From: Octopus sinensis
Lineage: Eukaryota
Assembly (NCBI RefSeq): GCF_006345805.1
Contig: NC_043001.1
Span: forward strand, 85,312,001 to 85,376,000
Direction: 5' to 3'
DNA length: 64,000 bases
Of the stretch, positions 41,200 through 54,800 are shown piece after piece. Position 1 is the first letter of the stretch. Every line of letters starts with the position of its first letter. Position numbers and translations under genes: made by a program. The notes under the pieces were generated by a model that was not told the origin of the DNA, did not search any database, and saw only the letters and a list, made by a program, of their open reading frames with translations.

Positions 41200-42160
41200 T
41201 GTGTGTTTGTGTTTGTGTGTAAGGGTTCGCATTTCATGTATACATGCCTTTTATATCGATTTATTTATTTATTGCATCTATCTCTGCATCTTATATTTAT
41301 CCCAGGTATATAACAAATATCTTTATATATATGTTTATTTTTTATACATCTATTTCTATTTCTCATAAGTATCACAGGTAAGTGCATATGTCTTTTGTGT
41401 GTGTGTATTACCCTGTATATATGATTTACGATTTTCTTCTCTCTCTTCTGATCCCTTCTGTCTTTAATCTTATGGCGTCGTGTGGTGGTGGGTGTTACTG
41501 CTCTGTTGCTTTTTTTTCTATTGAAGCTCGGTCTGTCTACAGCTATGTGTGTAGCCTCTGTGATCTGTTTAATTGTCGTGTCAGTTCTATGTGTCGATAA
41601 TACCTTAACCTCTATGCTATTAATCGGGCCTCCACGTTCTGCCTGAGCATGTTGATAGAGCACTGACGAGCTTTTCCCTGCTTTGAGCTCTCGCCTATGC
41701 GCATCTCTACGCCCTCCTATGCTGCGTGCAGTCTCTCCAATGTAGATAGTTGTCATGTTTCTGCCCCGTTCCTCAGTACATCGTACAGTTTACACTACAT
41801 TCCAAACGTTACAGTTAACCCGTGGGTTCATCGTACATACAACACAATTGTTCTTAGTACAGGGGGACTTATCAAAGGGTTAGGTATTGCAGATGAGGGA
41901 TTTTAAAGGGGTACTAGGCCACTCTACTACTTTAATTCGTAGATTAGCCTTACTTAATCTAGCATCGACGAACATGACACTCTGGTATTTTTTGTTGTCA
42001 TACCAAGTGTTGGCGTTATTTATCTTCTTACTGGTCCTTTCTGCGCAGTTCCAGTATTTACTCCTGTATAGAGGGTAGACCCCTTAGTATCACTCTCTAT
42101 GGTGGCTTTGTATTTAGTCCTCCTGGCTCCTTTGTATACTCTTGCAAGACAAATTGATAA
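41200..42160 (-). mobile_element. 3' fragment of a third Penelope-like element (linker + GIY-YIG endonuclease), decayed
   Basis: Minus frames SVMFVDA, IKVVE, CTKNNCVVC, NVV*TVRC, IYIGETARS..RRDAH, VLYQHA, KQITEATHIAVDRPSFNRK; 5' end abuts the (TA)n tract at 42165-42350. Confidence 0.85.
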
Positions 42161-42194
42161 CCGAATATATATATATATATATATGTACATATAT

Positions 42195-42354
<160 letters not shown>

Positions 42355-43028
42355 TGGAGGTTCATAATTATCAGCGACAACAGGAATTTGAAAATAAAAA
42401 TATATTAAAAATATATCAAAACACCGTTCTCCTGTTATTGTTAGAAGTTTGATTTAAACCCAGTATGAGATATTTCCAATAAATTCTCCTGAATGACACA
42501 TACCAAAAGACTACACTGCCATATCCCTCGTACACTATAACACGGAAACAGGCACGTGCCTCATTTTGCATTCAATTTCCTACCTTAAATCATCCTATTT
42601 AGCCCAGCGTCCAACTTCCGCCAGGTAACGACTAGCATGTAAAACAAATTTTCACCGGAATTGCATAATTATTTCTTTTTTAACTCTTCTTTGGTTTTTC
42701 AGGTTTTACATCATCGTTTCTCCTTTCTTTCCATACTACATACTACCCGATCAAGAAACTCTTTTCAATTTTACGAACGTACAACATTTAGATGATGACA
42801 GTGAAATTTCAATTCTTCGGTCTCTCTTTCCACCTAGCTGTGCTTTATCTACATTTTAAGAGTGACCTCAATATCATTGAAGGATTTAGGAAAAAAAAAC
42901 AGAAAGACAGAAAGGATGAAAGAAAGAAAGAATGAAAGAAGGACAGAAAGAAAGATAGAAAAGAAATAAACCACAAAATATTGTACGAAATACAATATTT
43001 TCCTCATTGCAGGTATCTATACCCATAA

Positions 43029-43450
43029 GGCGGCGAGCTGGCAGAAACGTTAGCACGCCTGGTGAAATGCTTATCGGCATTTCGTCTGCCGCTACGTTCT
43101 GAGTTCAAATTCCGCCGAGGTCGACTTTGCCTCTCATCCTTTCGGGGTCTATAAAATAAGTGCCAGTTACGCACTGGGGTCGATGTAATCGACTTTATCC
43201 GTTTGTCTGTCCTTATTTGTCCTCTCTGTGTTTAGCCCCTTGTGAGTAGTAGAGAAATTGGTATTTCGTCTGCCGCTACGTTCTGAGTTCAAATTCCGCC
43301 GAGGTCGACTTTGCCTTTCGTCCTTCCGGGGTCGATTAAATAAGTACCAGTTACGCACTGGGGTCCATACAATCGACTTAATCCGTTTGCCTGTCCTTAT
43401 TTGTCCTCTCTGTGTTTAGAGTCTTGTGGGTAGTAAAGAAATAGGTATTT
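43029..43450 (+). mobile_element. Family A SINE dimer
   Basis: Restart motif at 43076, 43260 and 43444 (184-bp period). Confidence 0.88.
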
Positions 43451-43929
43451 ATACCCACAACACAAAAATAAAATTTACAAATGAAAAAGTAACAAATAGA
43501 AATGGCAGTTGAGATTTCAATAAAATTGGTGGAGTCGATCGAGCCTTTGCCGCTTGTATTTGTTTCAGTTCTCTGAGTTGTAAGTTCAAATCAATTATAA
43601 ATCAACTTTGCATTTAACCTGCTTGGGTGAACGGTGAGATAAAAAAAATGCCAATACAAAACGATGGACTGGCGGAACTGTAAGAACATGCGACCGTATG
43701 CCTTGTGGTGTTCTTGTTTTATTTCTTTTTGTGTCCGGAGTTCAAATCCTATCATTAACAACTTAACCCGTTACCAGGTTTAGCAACGCCACCTGTTACC
43801 TTGGGTACAACGAGGAGAGTGCAAGAATTCACGCTAGGTTTCCCGGAGACCCTGTAAAGGGCTTAGAGCATTGCTTTCCTTCCCGACTAAAAGATTAAAA
43901 AGATATTTAATACGATAGCTGATATATAG

Positions 43930-44114
43930 GCGTAGGAGTGGTTGTGTGGTAAATATCTTGCTTACAAACCACATGGTCCCGCGTTCAGTCCTACTGCGTG
44001 GCACTTTGGCCAAGTGTCTTCTACTATAGCCGACCAAAGCCTTGTGGGTGGATTTGGTAGACGGAAACTGAAAGAAGCCCTTCGTATATATGTATATATG
44101 GATATATATATATA

Positions 44115-44170
<56 letters not shown>

Positions 44171-44362
44171 TGTGTTTGTTTCCCGCAACATCGCTTGACA
44201 TCCGATGGTGGTGTGTTTACGTCCCCGTAACTTAGTGGTTCGGCAAAAGTGACCGATAGAATAAGTACTAGGCTTACAAAGAATGAGTCCTGGGTGAGAT
44301 GTGCTCGACTAAAGGCGGTGCTCCAGCTTGGCCACAGTCAAAATGACTGAAGCAAGTAAAAA
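43930..44362 (+). mobile_element. Family B SINE, full length
   Basis: Head GGAGTGGTTGTGTGGTAA, internal (TA)n, tail GACTGAAGCAAGTAAAA. Confidence 0.88.
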
Positions 44363-45024
44363 AAACAGAAGTTATTCTAATTGTTGTTAAGCTTGCTGAC
44401 CTTATTGATACAACAATCATTGCAGCTGATTGGTGTTGTTGTTGTTGTTGTTGTTGCTGTTATTGTTGTTTATCTGGTTCATGTTTTGTTATTATCGATG
44501 TTAACATTGTTTTTGCCTCTTAATAAGTTTGGCAGTTGTTAGACCTACAACAACGTATAATGCGAGAACAAAACTGGTGCCAAAACAAACTGCAAATCAT
44601 CATAGTTCAGAGCGTAACATTTTTTCTTCATGATTTATGCATTATCACTTTCATTCCCTTCGTTTCTCTTCAACTTTCACTGTGTATTTCTCTCTCATTC
44701 TCATTATTTTTGTATTTATCTCTCCCCTCAATCACTTGATTGCACTATATATATATAATCGCATTCTTCACCCAATATCTCACTTTCCATCTTTCACTTT
44801 TCAATGAATGTCTCTAATTTTAACTGTATCTTCCCCCTCTTCCTCTCGCTCTCTCGTTTTCTCTTCCACTCTCAGAATATTTTATTCTAACGCCCTCACG
44901 ATTTCTCTTCTCTCACATCTTATCAATATATCTCATGTTTTCTCCTCATTTATAACTATAGCGTTCAATTTGGCATTGCTCATAATATATCTGTTATAAT
45001 ATTATATTACTCAACTACCAACCA

Positions 45025-45190
45025 ACCTACCTACCTACCTACCTACCTACCTACCTACCTACCTATCTACCTACCTACCTACCTACCTACCAACCTACCT
45101 ACCTACCTAACTACCTACCTACCTACCTACCTACTACCAACCTACCTACCTACCTAACTATCTACCTACCTACCTACCTACCTACATACA
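45025..45190. repeat. (CCTA)n microsatellite
   Basis: Direct reading. Confidence 0.95.
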
Positions 45191-45282
45191 TATATACATA
45201 CCTGCCTGACTGCATGCCTGTCTACCTGTCTGGATGCTTACATACATACATATGCCAGCATATATACATAATGCATGCAGAC

Positions 45283-45330
<48 letters not shown>

Positions 45331-45518
45331 AAATCTATCATCTATCTATCTATCTGTCTATCTATCTATCATCTATCTAGTTATCATCTATCAATCTAGT
45401 GTAAGTGTATTTGAATGTAATCAAATAAAAATTCTTCTCCTTGATAGCCAAATACATTCAAGTTACACACACTTCATACGCGTATGCGTGTATGTATATA
45501 TATACACACACATACACG

Positions 45519-45550
<32 letters not shown>

Positions 45551-46161
45551 CATGCATATAGTTATATATGCACATAGATATATGTATATATATATATAGA
45601 GTGTGTGTGCCTGTATAAGTTGTGCGTTATTCCTTTAGCTTGTAGCCAAATAAAATTATGCACATACACACACATACACACAATCACATTTATACACATA
45701 TATCCACTTATACATTCATACATATGTAGCAGAGATATTTCTTCGCGTGTGTATATGTGTGCACACGTGTATATATGTACGCGTGTATATATGTACGCGC
45801 GCGTGTGTCTGTGTTCATCGTTCAGAGAAGAAAATTTCTCCACACCCTTCCCATATCTTATTGGCATTCTTTAATTTCCTCCTTCCCTGTTTGTTTATTT
45901 GTTTATCCTTGTATTGTTTTCACTGCAGCAGATTATTGAACTAAAGAATGAGTGCATTGATGATATAAGAGAAAATAATAGATTAAATTATATAAACAGA
46001 GCGAAAGAAAAAGAATTGAGAATTTCAATCTATAAAAAAATAAATTTTACCGTTGGCACCCGGCCACACGTTTTGAAGGAGGAATTTAGGTGATGCAATC
46101 TCCCCTGTACCTGATTGTTTTTGTATTTTCAAATCCGCAACTGCCATGCTTAATTCGTGTG

Positions 46162-46196
<35 letters not shown>

Positions 46197-46386
46197 TAAA
46201 CATACATAAACATATATATGAATACATACAAACATACATGAATACATCATACATGCACAGATATATATGTATATACACACATACATGCTTTCATACACAT
46301 GTACATACATTTGTGTGTATATACGTGTGTATATTGATGGATAGATACATAGACAAACAGACATATATGCATACATGATATACATT

Positions 46387-46446
<60 letters not shown>

Positions 46447-47068
46447 GCATATAGTTATATATGCACATAGATATATGTATATATATATAGAGTGTGTGTG
46501 CCTGTATAAGTTGTGCGTTATTCCTTTAGCTTGTAGCCAAATAAAATTATGCACATACACACACATACACACAATCACATTTATACACATATATCCACTT
46601 ATACATTCATACATATGTAGCAGAGATATTTCTTCGCGTGTGTATATGTGTGCACGCGTGTATATATGTACGCGTGTATATATGTACGCGTGTATATATG
46701 TACGCGCGCGTGTGTCTGTGTTCATCGTTCAGAGAAGAAAATTTCTCCACACCCTTCCAATATCTTATTGGCATTCTTTAATTTCCTCCTTCCCTGTTTG
46801 TTTATTTGTTTATCCCTGTATTGTTTTCACTGCAGCAGATTATTGAACTAAAGAATGAGTGCATTGATGATATAAGAGAAAATAATAGATTAAATTATAT
46901 AAACAGAGCGAAAGAAAAAGAATTGAGAATTTCAATCTATAAAAAAATAAATTTTACCGTTGGCACCCGGCCACACGTTTTGAAGGAGGAATTTAGGTGA
47001 TGCAATCTCCCCTGTACCTGATTGTTTTTGTATTTTCATATCCGCAACTGCCATGCTTAATTCGTGTG

Positions 47069-47101
<33 letters not shown>

Positions 47102-47287
47102 AACATACATAAACATATATATGAATACATACAAACATACATGAATACATCATACATGCACAGATATATATGTATATACACACATACATGCTTTCATACA
47201 CATGTACATACATTTGTGTGTATATACGTGTGTATATTGATGGATAGATACATAGACAAACAGACATATATGCATACATGATATACA

Positions 47288-47343
<56 letters not shown>
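45551..47343. repeat. Recent ~893-bp direct tandem duplication
   Basis: CATGCATATAGTTATATATGCACATAG starts at 45551 and 46444; unique interiors are nearly identical; boundaries fall in TA tracts. Confidence 0.92.
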
Positions 47344-47345
<2 letters not shown>

Positions 47346-47347
<2 letters not shown>

Positions 47348-50300
47348 AGCATAGATATACGTATAATATATACTACATATAGGTAAGAATAAAGCCTTAG
47401 ACCGCTACTGTGACTACATAACTAATTTCCCGTTTCAATTCATCAAGAAAGAAAAACACAGCCCTAACTTCAACAAAAGAGAATGGAACGACCTCATCAA
47501 ACTAAGAGAAGACAAAACAATAACAATTAAGGAGGCAGATAAGGGCAACGCGATAGTAATAATGAATACAAACAATTATAAAAATTTAGTGCTATCCCTA
47601 TTAAGAGATGAAACGTATTATGAAAGGGCCCAACAGTATAACCAGCAAAAAATAATGCATAACCTTAGGACATTAATCAACACATACCAAGAAGGACTCA
47701 CGAACAAGGAGTATGAATACATCACTAACTTCAAATGCAAATCGAGTTTGTTCTATGGTATCCCTAAGGTACACAAAAGCCAAACCATTAGAGAAACGTG
47801 CAAAACATCCACCGACACACTCATCAAAATCCCTTCACCAAATGATCTTAAACTAAGACCGATAATAGCAGGGCCAGCATGTGAAACTCACCGCCTCAGC
47901 AATTTCTTAGACACACTTCTTAAACCTTTCCTAAAACACATCAAAAGCTACGTAAGAGACGATATAGATATGCTCAACCACCTCCCTAAAACAGTCAATG
48001 AGAAAACCCTTCTAGTATCATTCGACGTAGTTAATCTTTATTCTAACATCCCTCACAACCTAGGAATAGAAGCAATCACCTTCTGGCTGAATAACTACCC
48101 CTTTGAACTCCCAACTCGCATAAACAAAGACCTCATAATAGAAGGACTTAGATTCATTTTAGAGAACAATTATTTTATTTTTGACAATGAATTCTGCAGG
48201 CAAAGATCGGGAACAGCGATGGGCACGCGTACTGCACCATCTTTTGCCAACCTAGTGATGGGATACCTCGAGAAAATACTATACCGGATGACACTCGAGA
48301 AATATGGAAACACCTTCGCCACCTATATCCATAACAACTGGAAAAGATACCTCGATGACTGTTTCATCATCTGGGACAAAGGCATAGAGAAACTTGAGGA
48401 ATTTAAAATTCTATTAAATGGAATAAATGACAATATACAATTCACGATGGACCACAACGAAAAAGATTACCATTTTTAGACATCCTCATTAAGATAACCG
48501 GCAACAAAATAGAGACAGATATCTACTATAAACCGACAGACTCTAAACAGTACCTACCCTTTGATTCATGCCACCCACGACACACTAGAATGAATGTCCC
48601 TTTTTGTTTAGCTAGAAGGATTTGCACCATAATATCAGACACAAACACCCGACACACACGTCTCCAGGAACTTAGAACCACACTCACAAATAGAAACTAT
48701 CCACAGCCCCTAATAGACAGTGCAATCCAACGGGTACTTAAATTAAGTATAGAAGACCTGAGACAAACAAAACCAAAAAAGAAAGAACAATTAAAAACCC
48801 TTCCCTACATCTCTACACACAACCCACTCAACAATGAGGCCTTCAACACCATACTACAAAGCACAGCCCTACTAAAGGGAGACCCAAGGATGAACCGGAT
48901 CCTCGAAAAACACACCATCATCAAAAGTAAACGGCAACCAAAATCCTTGAAAAGGATTTTAACCCAAGCTACACTGCACTCAACATCAACCACAAAACCA
49001 GCAGTTAGAAAATGTGGAAGGCCCAACTGCGGAATCTGTGTCATCTTGAAAGAAGGATCAGAATTTATACTGGAACAAGGCCACCAGTTCACCATTAGAA
49101 CAAACTTCACCTGCGCATCAGAAAACTTAATTTACGTCATAACATGCGCAGGCTGCAATAGGCAGTATATAGGCCATACAAAAAATAGCTTACGTAACAG
49201 GATGGCGGTGCATAAATCACAAATTAGAAACCCTGATTACCGCAAAATACCGGTCAGCGGACACATAGATAGATGTGCTGGAAATGTAAATCCGAAATTT
49301 ACAACTAACCCGCTCTATAAATTCAGTGACAACGCAACCTTCACACAACGCCAAAATAAAGAACTATATTTCATAAAAAAATTTAGACCAAGTTTAAACA
49401 CCCTGGGCCAGGAATACTAAAACAAAAGATAAGTCCTCCGAAAAGGAGAACCAAATTTCACCGCGGCCACTACTTCAAACAGACACTCACTCTGACGGAA
49501 ATATGCCTTAGTAAAAAAAAAAAAAAAAAAAAAAAAGGGAAAAAAATTCTTTCGTGCAAATCTGACCCTGATACATACGATACAGCTAAGGGTCAGACCC
49601 GATTCTGATTGGTCAACAAGTTGATGACGTCTAGCTCTGCTAGAATGGACAGGATACAAACAGGGGACAGTCATTAGTCAGAATATTGATGACGTCCTTT
49701 TCTGCTTGAATAGTCACCTAACAAGTACAGACAGGGGGCAGATCTAATGTAGCTATAAGTCGTGATTGGGCAGAATCTGGATGACATCCCGCTATGCTTG
49801 ACTAACGAAGCGACTGGTCAAGACAGGAAACAAACAAGAGAAAGTTATAATGCAGCGATTGGTCAAAATAATGATGACGTCCCGTTCCACTTGATTAAAG
49901 CCACCTAACGAAACGATTGGTCGAAACATTGATGACGTCACGCTACGCTAGATTGACCACCTAACAGGCATTATAAAACCAAGCATTTCACAAAAAATCA
50001 CTAGAACCACCCAGCGAACTTCCACCATGGGTCATCACAATTGCTTAAGGTAAAAATGAATTCCTCGCTCTTTCGGAAACATCAATCTTCTGTATTGACC
50101 GCTTTCCACCACTTTGATCTGTTTTTTGTATTGAATACGTATCGCCACCGTGGGCCACTGCATCGAACACTTTGAACATATACTTCAAACTATATATCAA
50201 CTATACATGAACTATATATCAACTATACATGAACTATATATCAACTATACAAGAACTCTAAGATGTCTGACTCCGTTGTGTATTATAAATGAATTTCTTG

Positions 50301-50440
50301 TGTTTGACGGTATGAGCTGTCTCTTTTTATATATAACTTTTTTTGATAAGGTTCATTTCAGGAACTGAAACATGTTATAATGTATATATAAAAATTAAAA
50401 ATTGTATAATACAGCAGCATTTTCGAACTTCATTTTTTAC
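47346..50440 (+). mobile_element. Neptune-type Penelope-like retroelement, 5'-truncated, RT + Cys linker + GIY-YIG, single frameshift, long 3' region
   Basis: Open from ~47375: KEADKGNAIVIM, FYGIPKVHK, LRPIIAG, SFDVVNLYSNIPH, GTAMGT, WKRYLDD; -1 shift in the A-run near 48460; LPFLDI, YKPTD, SCHP, CGRPNCGIC, NLIYVITCAGC..QYIGHT, HID; stop at 49420. TA tracts on both sides. Confidence 0.95.
49607..49978 (+). promoter_or_regulatory. Array of five ATTGG-N9-TGATGACGTC modules followed by a TATA box (putative PLE internal promoter)
   Basis: Modules start at 49608, 49673 (ATTAG), 49765 (GGATGACATC), 49858 and 49916, each with a 9-nt spacer; full CRE TGACGTCA at 49933-49940; TATAAAA at 49972-49978. 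Confidence 0.7.
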
Positions 50441-50442
50441 AA

Positions 50443-50500
<58 letters not shown>

Positions 50501-50505
50501 TTGTA

Positions 50506-50595
<90 letters not shown>

Positions 50596-51133
50596 ACTTA
50601 CCAACAGCACAGAAAAAAGTAAAAATAAAAGAAACAGATTGGGTTTTTTGAGTTATACTGTAGAGATAACAACGGGAAAAGTTAAGAGCGATGCGTTTAA
50701 GGCCTCCTAATGGTTAATGAATGACTGCAACTCATTCTTAGGGAATGCAAAGCAACGTAAAATACATACCTAGACAGGAAGTAGTAGGAGAGAGAATCCA
50801 TGTGAAACAGGGAGAATTAAAAATTGAATAAAAAGAGGAAGAAAATCTGCTAAGTATTTATAGAATTAATATATTTACCCATGCGTTCTCAGCGTCTTCT
50901 GTCACTCAAATATTGAGGAAATAAGAGTCATGTCCCTCCCTTTTTGCTTCTAATGTATTGACCTTCTCCGAAATGTCGGCAACTTCACACAACTGAGTAA
51001 TCTTAATTTTATTTCTCACGTTTTCTAAATAATATTACACTTCCGAAAGCAGACAATCTTCAGTTCTATGGACGTGATTCAATATCACGATAAATGTTCT
51101 TGTGTAATTTCCTACAAATTCTGCGATATAATG

Positions 51134-51194
<61 letters not shown>

Positions 51195-51197
<3 letters not shown>

Positions 51198-51410
51198 TAA
51201 AATCAGTAAATATAAAGACTTGCTAATAGAAATTGAAAAAATGTGGCATCTCAAGGCGTCTACAGTACCATTGATTGTAGGACTCTAGGAATGATAAAAA
51301 AAGGTACTGAAACCTATTTGAAATGATACCAGGCTTAACATTCCTACAGGAAGTGCAAAAAATCGTGTTAACTGGAACGGCTCACGCACTGAGAAGAGCA
51401 ATATTGCTGT
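51195..51410 (+). mobile_element. R4/Dong-like non-LTR retrotransposon 3' fragment directly after an (AAT)n tract
   Basis: DKISKYKDLLIEIEKMWHLKASTVPLIVGL then (frameshifted) EVQKIVLTGTAHALRR, typical of the C-terminus after the REL endonuclease. Confidence 0.75.
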
Positions 51411-51585
51411 GAAAACAAAATCCATTCATGAATTTATTTATTTATTAATTATTTAAATACATATTTTACCTGCGAATTTGCGTGTGTAATCTGAGAATGC
51501 ATTTAGGGAGCTTCTCTGCTCTGTGTTGTATGGAAAACACTCAGCGAGAAACGAAAGAAAATTTGAAGAAAGAAAGTAAAAAAAA

Positions 51586-51840
51586 ATGATAATAAACAGG
51601 TTCAATGTGAAAGTAGAAGAAAAAATAAACAACTATGACGATTTGAAGTGGGAAATACGAAGGTTATGCTCAATGACGAGAATACATGTGATAGCAATAG
51701 TAATTGGTGCACTTAGATGTATCAGCACTCAACTACCAACATGGCTGAAAAAGATTGGTACAAAAATCAGTATTACTTTTATCTGCAAAAATTCTTCGCA
51801 GGGTTCCTGAAACATGACCAGTAAACATTTGTCACCTTAG
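51586..51840 (+). mobile_element. Second, divergent R4/Dong-like 3' fragment
   Basis: VKVEEKINNYDDLKWEIRRLCSMTRIHVIAIVIGALRCI. Confidence 0.7.
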
Positions 51841-54800
51841 TCTGCTGGCTGTGGACAGCTGACACTTTCCATCATATCTAGCAAAAGAAGCTTGGGGTTT
51901 TCATATAATAATGAGGTGGATATCTATAACAACGGCTACAAAAATACAAACACAATAACTTCTGATTTAGGCAGAAAGTCACCAATTTTTAGCAGATGGT
52001 GTTTTATACTGTGGACCTCAGTAATTGACTAGTATTACATTTTAACGAAGTTGTGAACACTCTGTACTCTGTATCCAATTGTATTTTAAACAAAGAACAG
52101 TAATGTCCGTTTGTATAGCTCTATGATTAAAAAGACGGTCTCGTCTTTCGCAAATGTCAGCCAAAAGCGTTTTAAGTATGATGAGTATATGTTTCAGGCT
52201 CAATACATCTTAGAAATATAATTAATAAAACTTACAGTTAATATCAAAGTTTAGTTGGTACAAAATCACTTAAACAAAATATATATAATAATAAAAGTAG
52301 TACATACAAATTATCAGAGGCTCGGTGGTTGACCAATAACCTACCGACTCGGTATATGAGCATATCAGAAGAAAACCATAGAGAAATAATTGTAACTAAC
52401 GTATATTTGTAAAGATGTGTTCGAGTTGGTCTCCAGCGTTGATGTCATCAACATTAATAATTTGTTGGTTGTTTAGTTAGGGTTTTATTTGTGTCTCGGT
52501 AGCAGCCGATTGGCCCAAATAGGACAAGATTATGGTAAATGGTATTTCAGATAAGACTTTCACGGAATTAGAAATAGTTTAGTATTTATTACTCATTAAG
52601 GCAGCCACCTGGCCGCTTCGATAGCACGACAGACAAAATGCTTAGCTGTATTTCACCCGTCTTCAAGTCCTGAGTTGAAATTCCATCGAGGTCGACTTTT
52701 CCTTTTAAACTTTCGTGATCGATAAAATAATTACCAGTTGAGGACTGGAGTTGGTGTAATCGACTTACCCTTCCCCGAAATTGCTGACCTTACGCCAAAA
52801 TTTGAAACTATATATACTATTTTTGGAATAGTATATTTGAATGCAAAATGGTATTCCTAATGGACTGAACGATTGCATAGCAACTTCTATGTTGGCTACT
52901 ATTATAGGGATTTTAAAACTTCATTGTATATGTTATTGAACTTAAAGGCATAAAGTGTAAAATGAACCACGGTCAACCCATAAAAACATGAATATGTAAA
53001 AGTTCGCAACTAAGATGTTGCAGGTATATAGTGTAGATCCTGACTAATTCTGGCTCTACAAATTAAGTTGATAATCACTGAGGATGATAATATTCAAAGC
53101 CTTTGTCTGTTTCTTGCATACAGTGCGTAATGAAAATGTATTGATAATCTCATTAAACATGTTAATTACTTTGTAGTATTGGTACCATAAAATGATGTTG
53201 TTTCTGGAGAACCATATTTCGATTACTGCTTGAAAATTTTTACTTAAGTTCTTTGGATTAATTACAAAAGTTGTACATACAAACTATCAGAGGCTCGGTC
53301 GTTTGAGCAATAACCTACGGACTAGGCATATGAGCATATCAGAAGAATACCATAGAGAAATAATTCAACATTCCAGTATATGCACGTTAGTTTCAACGTT
53401 AACTTTTTTGTTAGTCGATTTGTGAATTGTTGAGAATCATAATGGATAATTTATTAGAAAATTAAGAAAATTGTATATTTAATGATATACATAATGAGAA
53501 TGAAACAGAAGTAGAGATGAAGTTACTACTTATAGCTGGTTTGTGAAAATAGATATTTAGTTTGATTTTGAGCAAAAGATTTTTTGTTGTACTAGAGGAT
53601 TCAAAGTGAAGGAGCAGCTTGTTTAGAAAGTTGTTTTGTCCCATAAGATAAATAACCTTTCTGAAACTTGTGAGATCGATATAGTTGATTTTGATCTTGA
53701 ACATCACCTCGTTGCTGATTACGGGTGAAAAGTAAGTAGGAGAAAGAACCGAAATTGGCTGAAATTTTGGGAAGAAAACTGGGAAATGTGGCTTCTGCGA
53801 GCAAGAGACAATATGGATAACAAGAAGCGAAAAGTGGACGTCGATGGAGGCTGTGCACAACCAGCTAGGTCTGAGAGTTCATTAAGCAGAAAAGATAGAA
53901 AATTGTATGGATGAGATTACCACTATTTCTTGAAGGTCAAATTTTATTGGTGATGGTTTACATGCATCCCTGTAGAATGGCTTTCTTTTAGGCACAGTCT
54001 AATATGCTTTAGCAACATCATCCTGTTTGCGGGGGCAATATTCGTCTATAGATATGACTTGAGATTTGTTAGAAGATAGTGGGACTGAATTAATGTTCTT
54101 TTATCTTTTGTTTGTTTTGGGGTTTTTTTCTTGCATGTATAATGAATCTAACATTGTGTATCTTAATATATCTATTGGTATTGAAGGTTTGCATGTTTTC
54201 TATGATTAGAAGGCGGGAAACAAGATTAGTAATTTGCTGTGTGGCGACAGTTTTTGTGCTAACGAATATCACAACATCGACATGCTACCAGTACGCTAGA
54301 TAATATTTTGAGTTATTTTCACATAAAAATATTGAATCTGGCATCAGATGTCTTCATTGCGCACAAGTGACCAATAAGTATTGAAGGTCGGAGTGATGTA
54401 CAGAGTTGTAGCATCAGCTAAAAATATCTTAGCGCTGTTGCGGATTAGAAGTGTGGGAAGGTCATAACTTAAGAATGGTTCACACCACTGTAAAAATTCT
54501 GACCCAATCTAAATTAACGATTGCTAAGGTGCTGTAATCTGAGAGACTAAAGCCGGATGAACAGTCAACCTACCTAAGAGGTTTGCCTGTCTGAGATGGT
54601 CGAATGTACAGATGATATCAAACAAACGAAACGTCGTTTTTTAACTAGATTTTTTAAAGTAAAGGGCCCAACAATGACTGAAACATTAAAGTGGACCTTG
54701 AGTACCTCAACATTAAAGAAGTCGTAGTGTTGGATGAAGTGGAGTTTGTGTTGTTTGAGATGGTTGTTAATGATATACTTGTTTAACATTTTCGAGAGTT

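Noticed and set aside
50335-50385. TGATAAGGTTC..GAACTGAAACATGTT hammerhead-like remnant at the Neptune 3' end
   Set aside because: Core C3 and G8 are altered and helix I cannot be formed next to the core.
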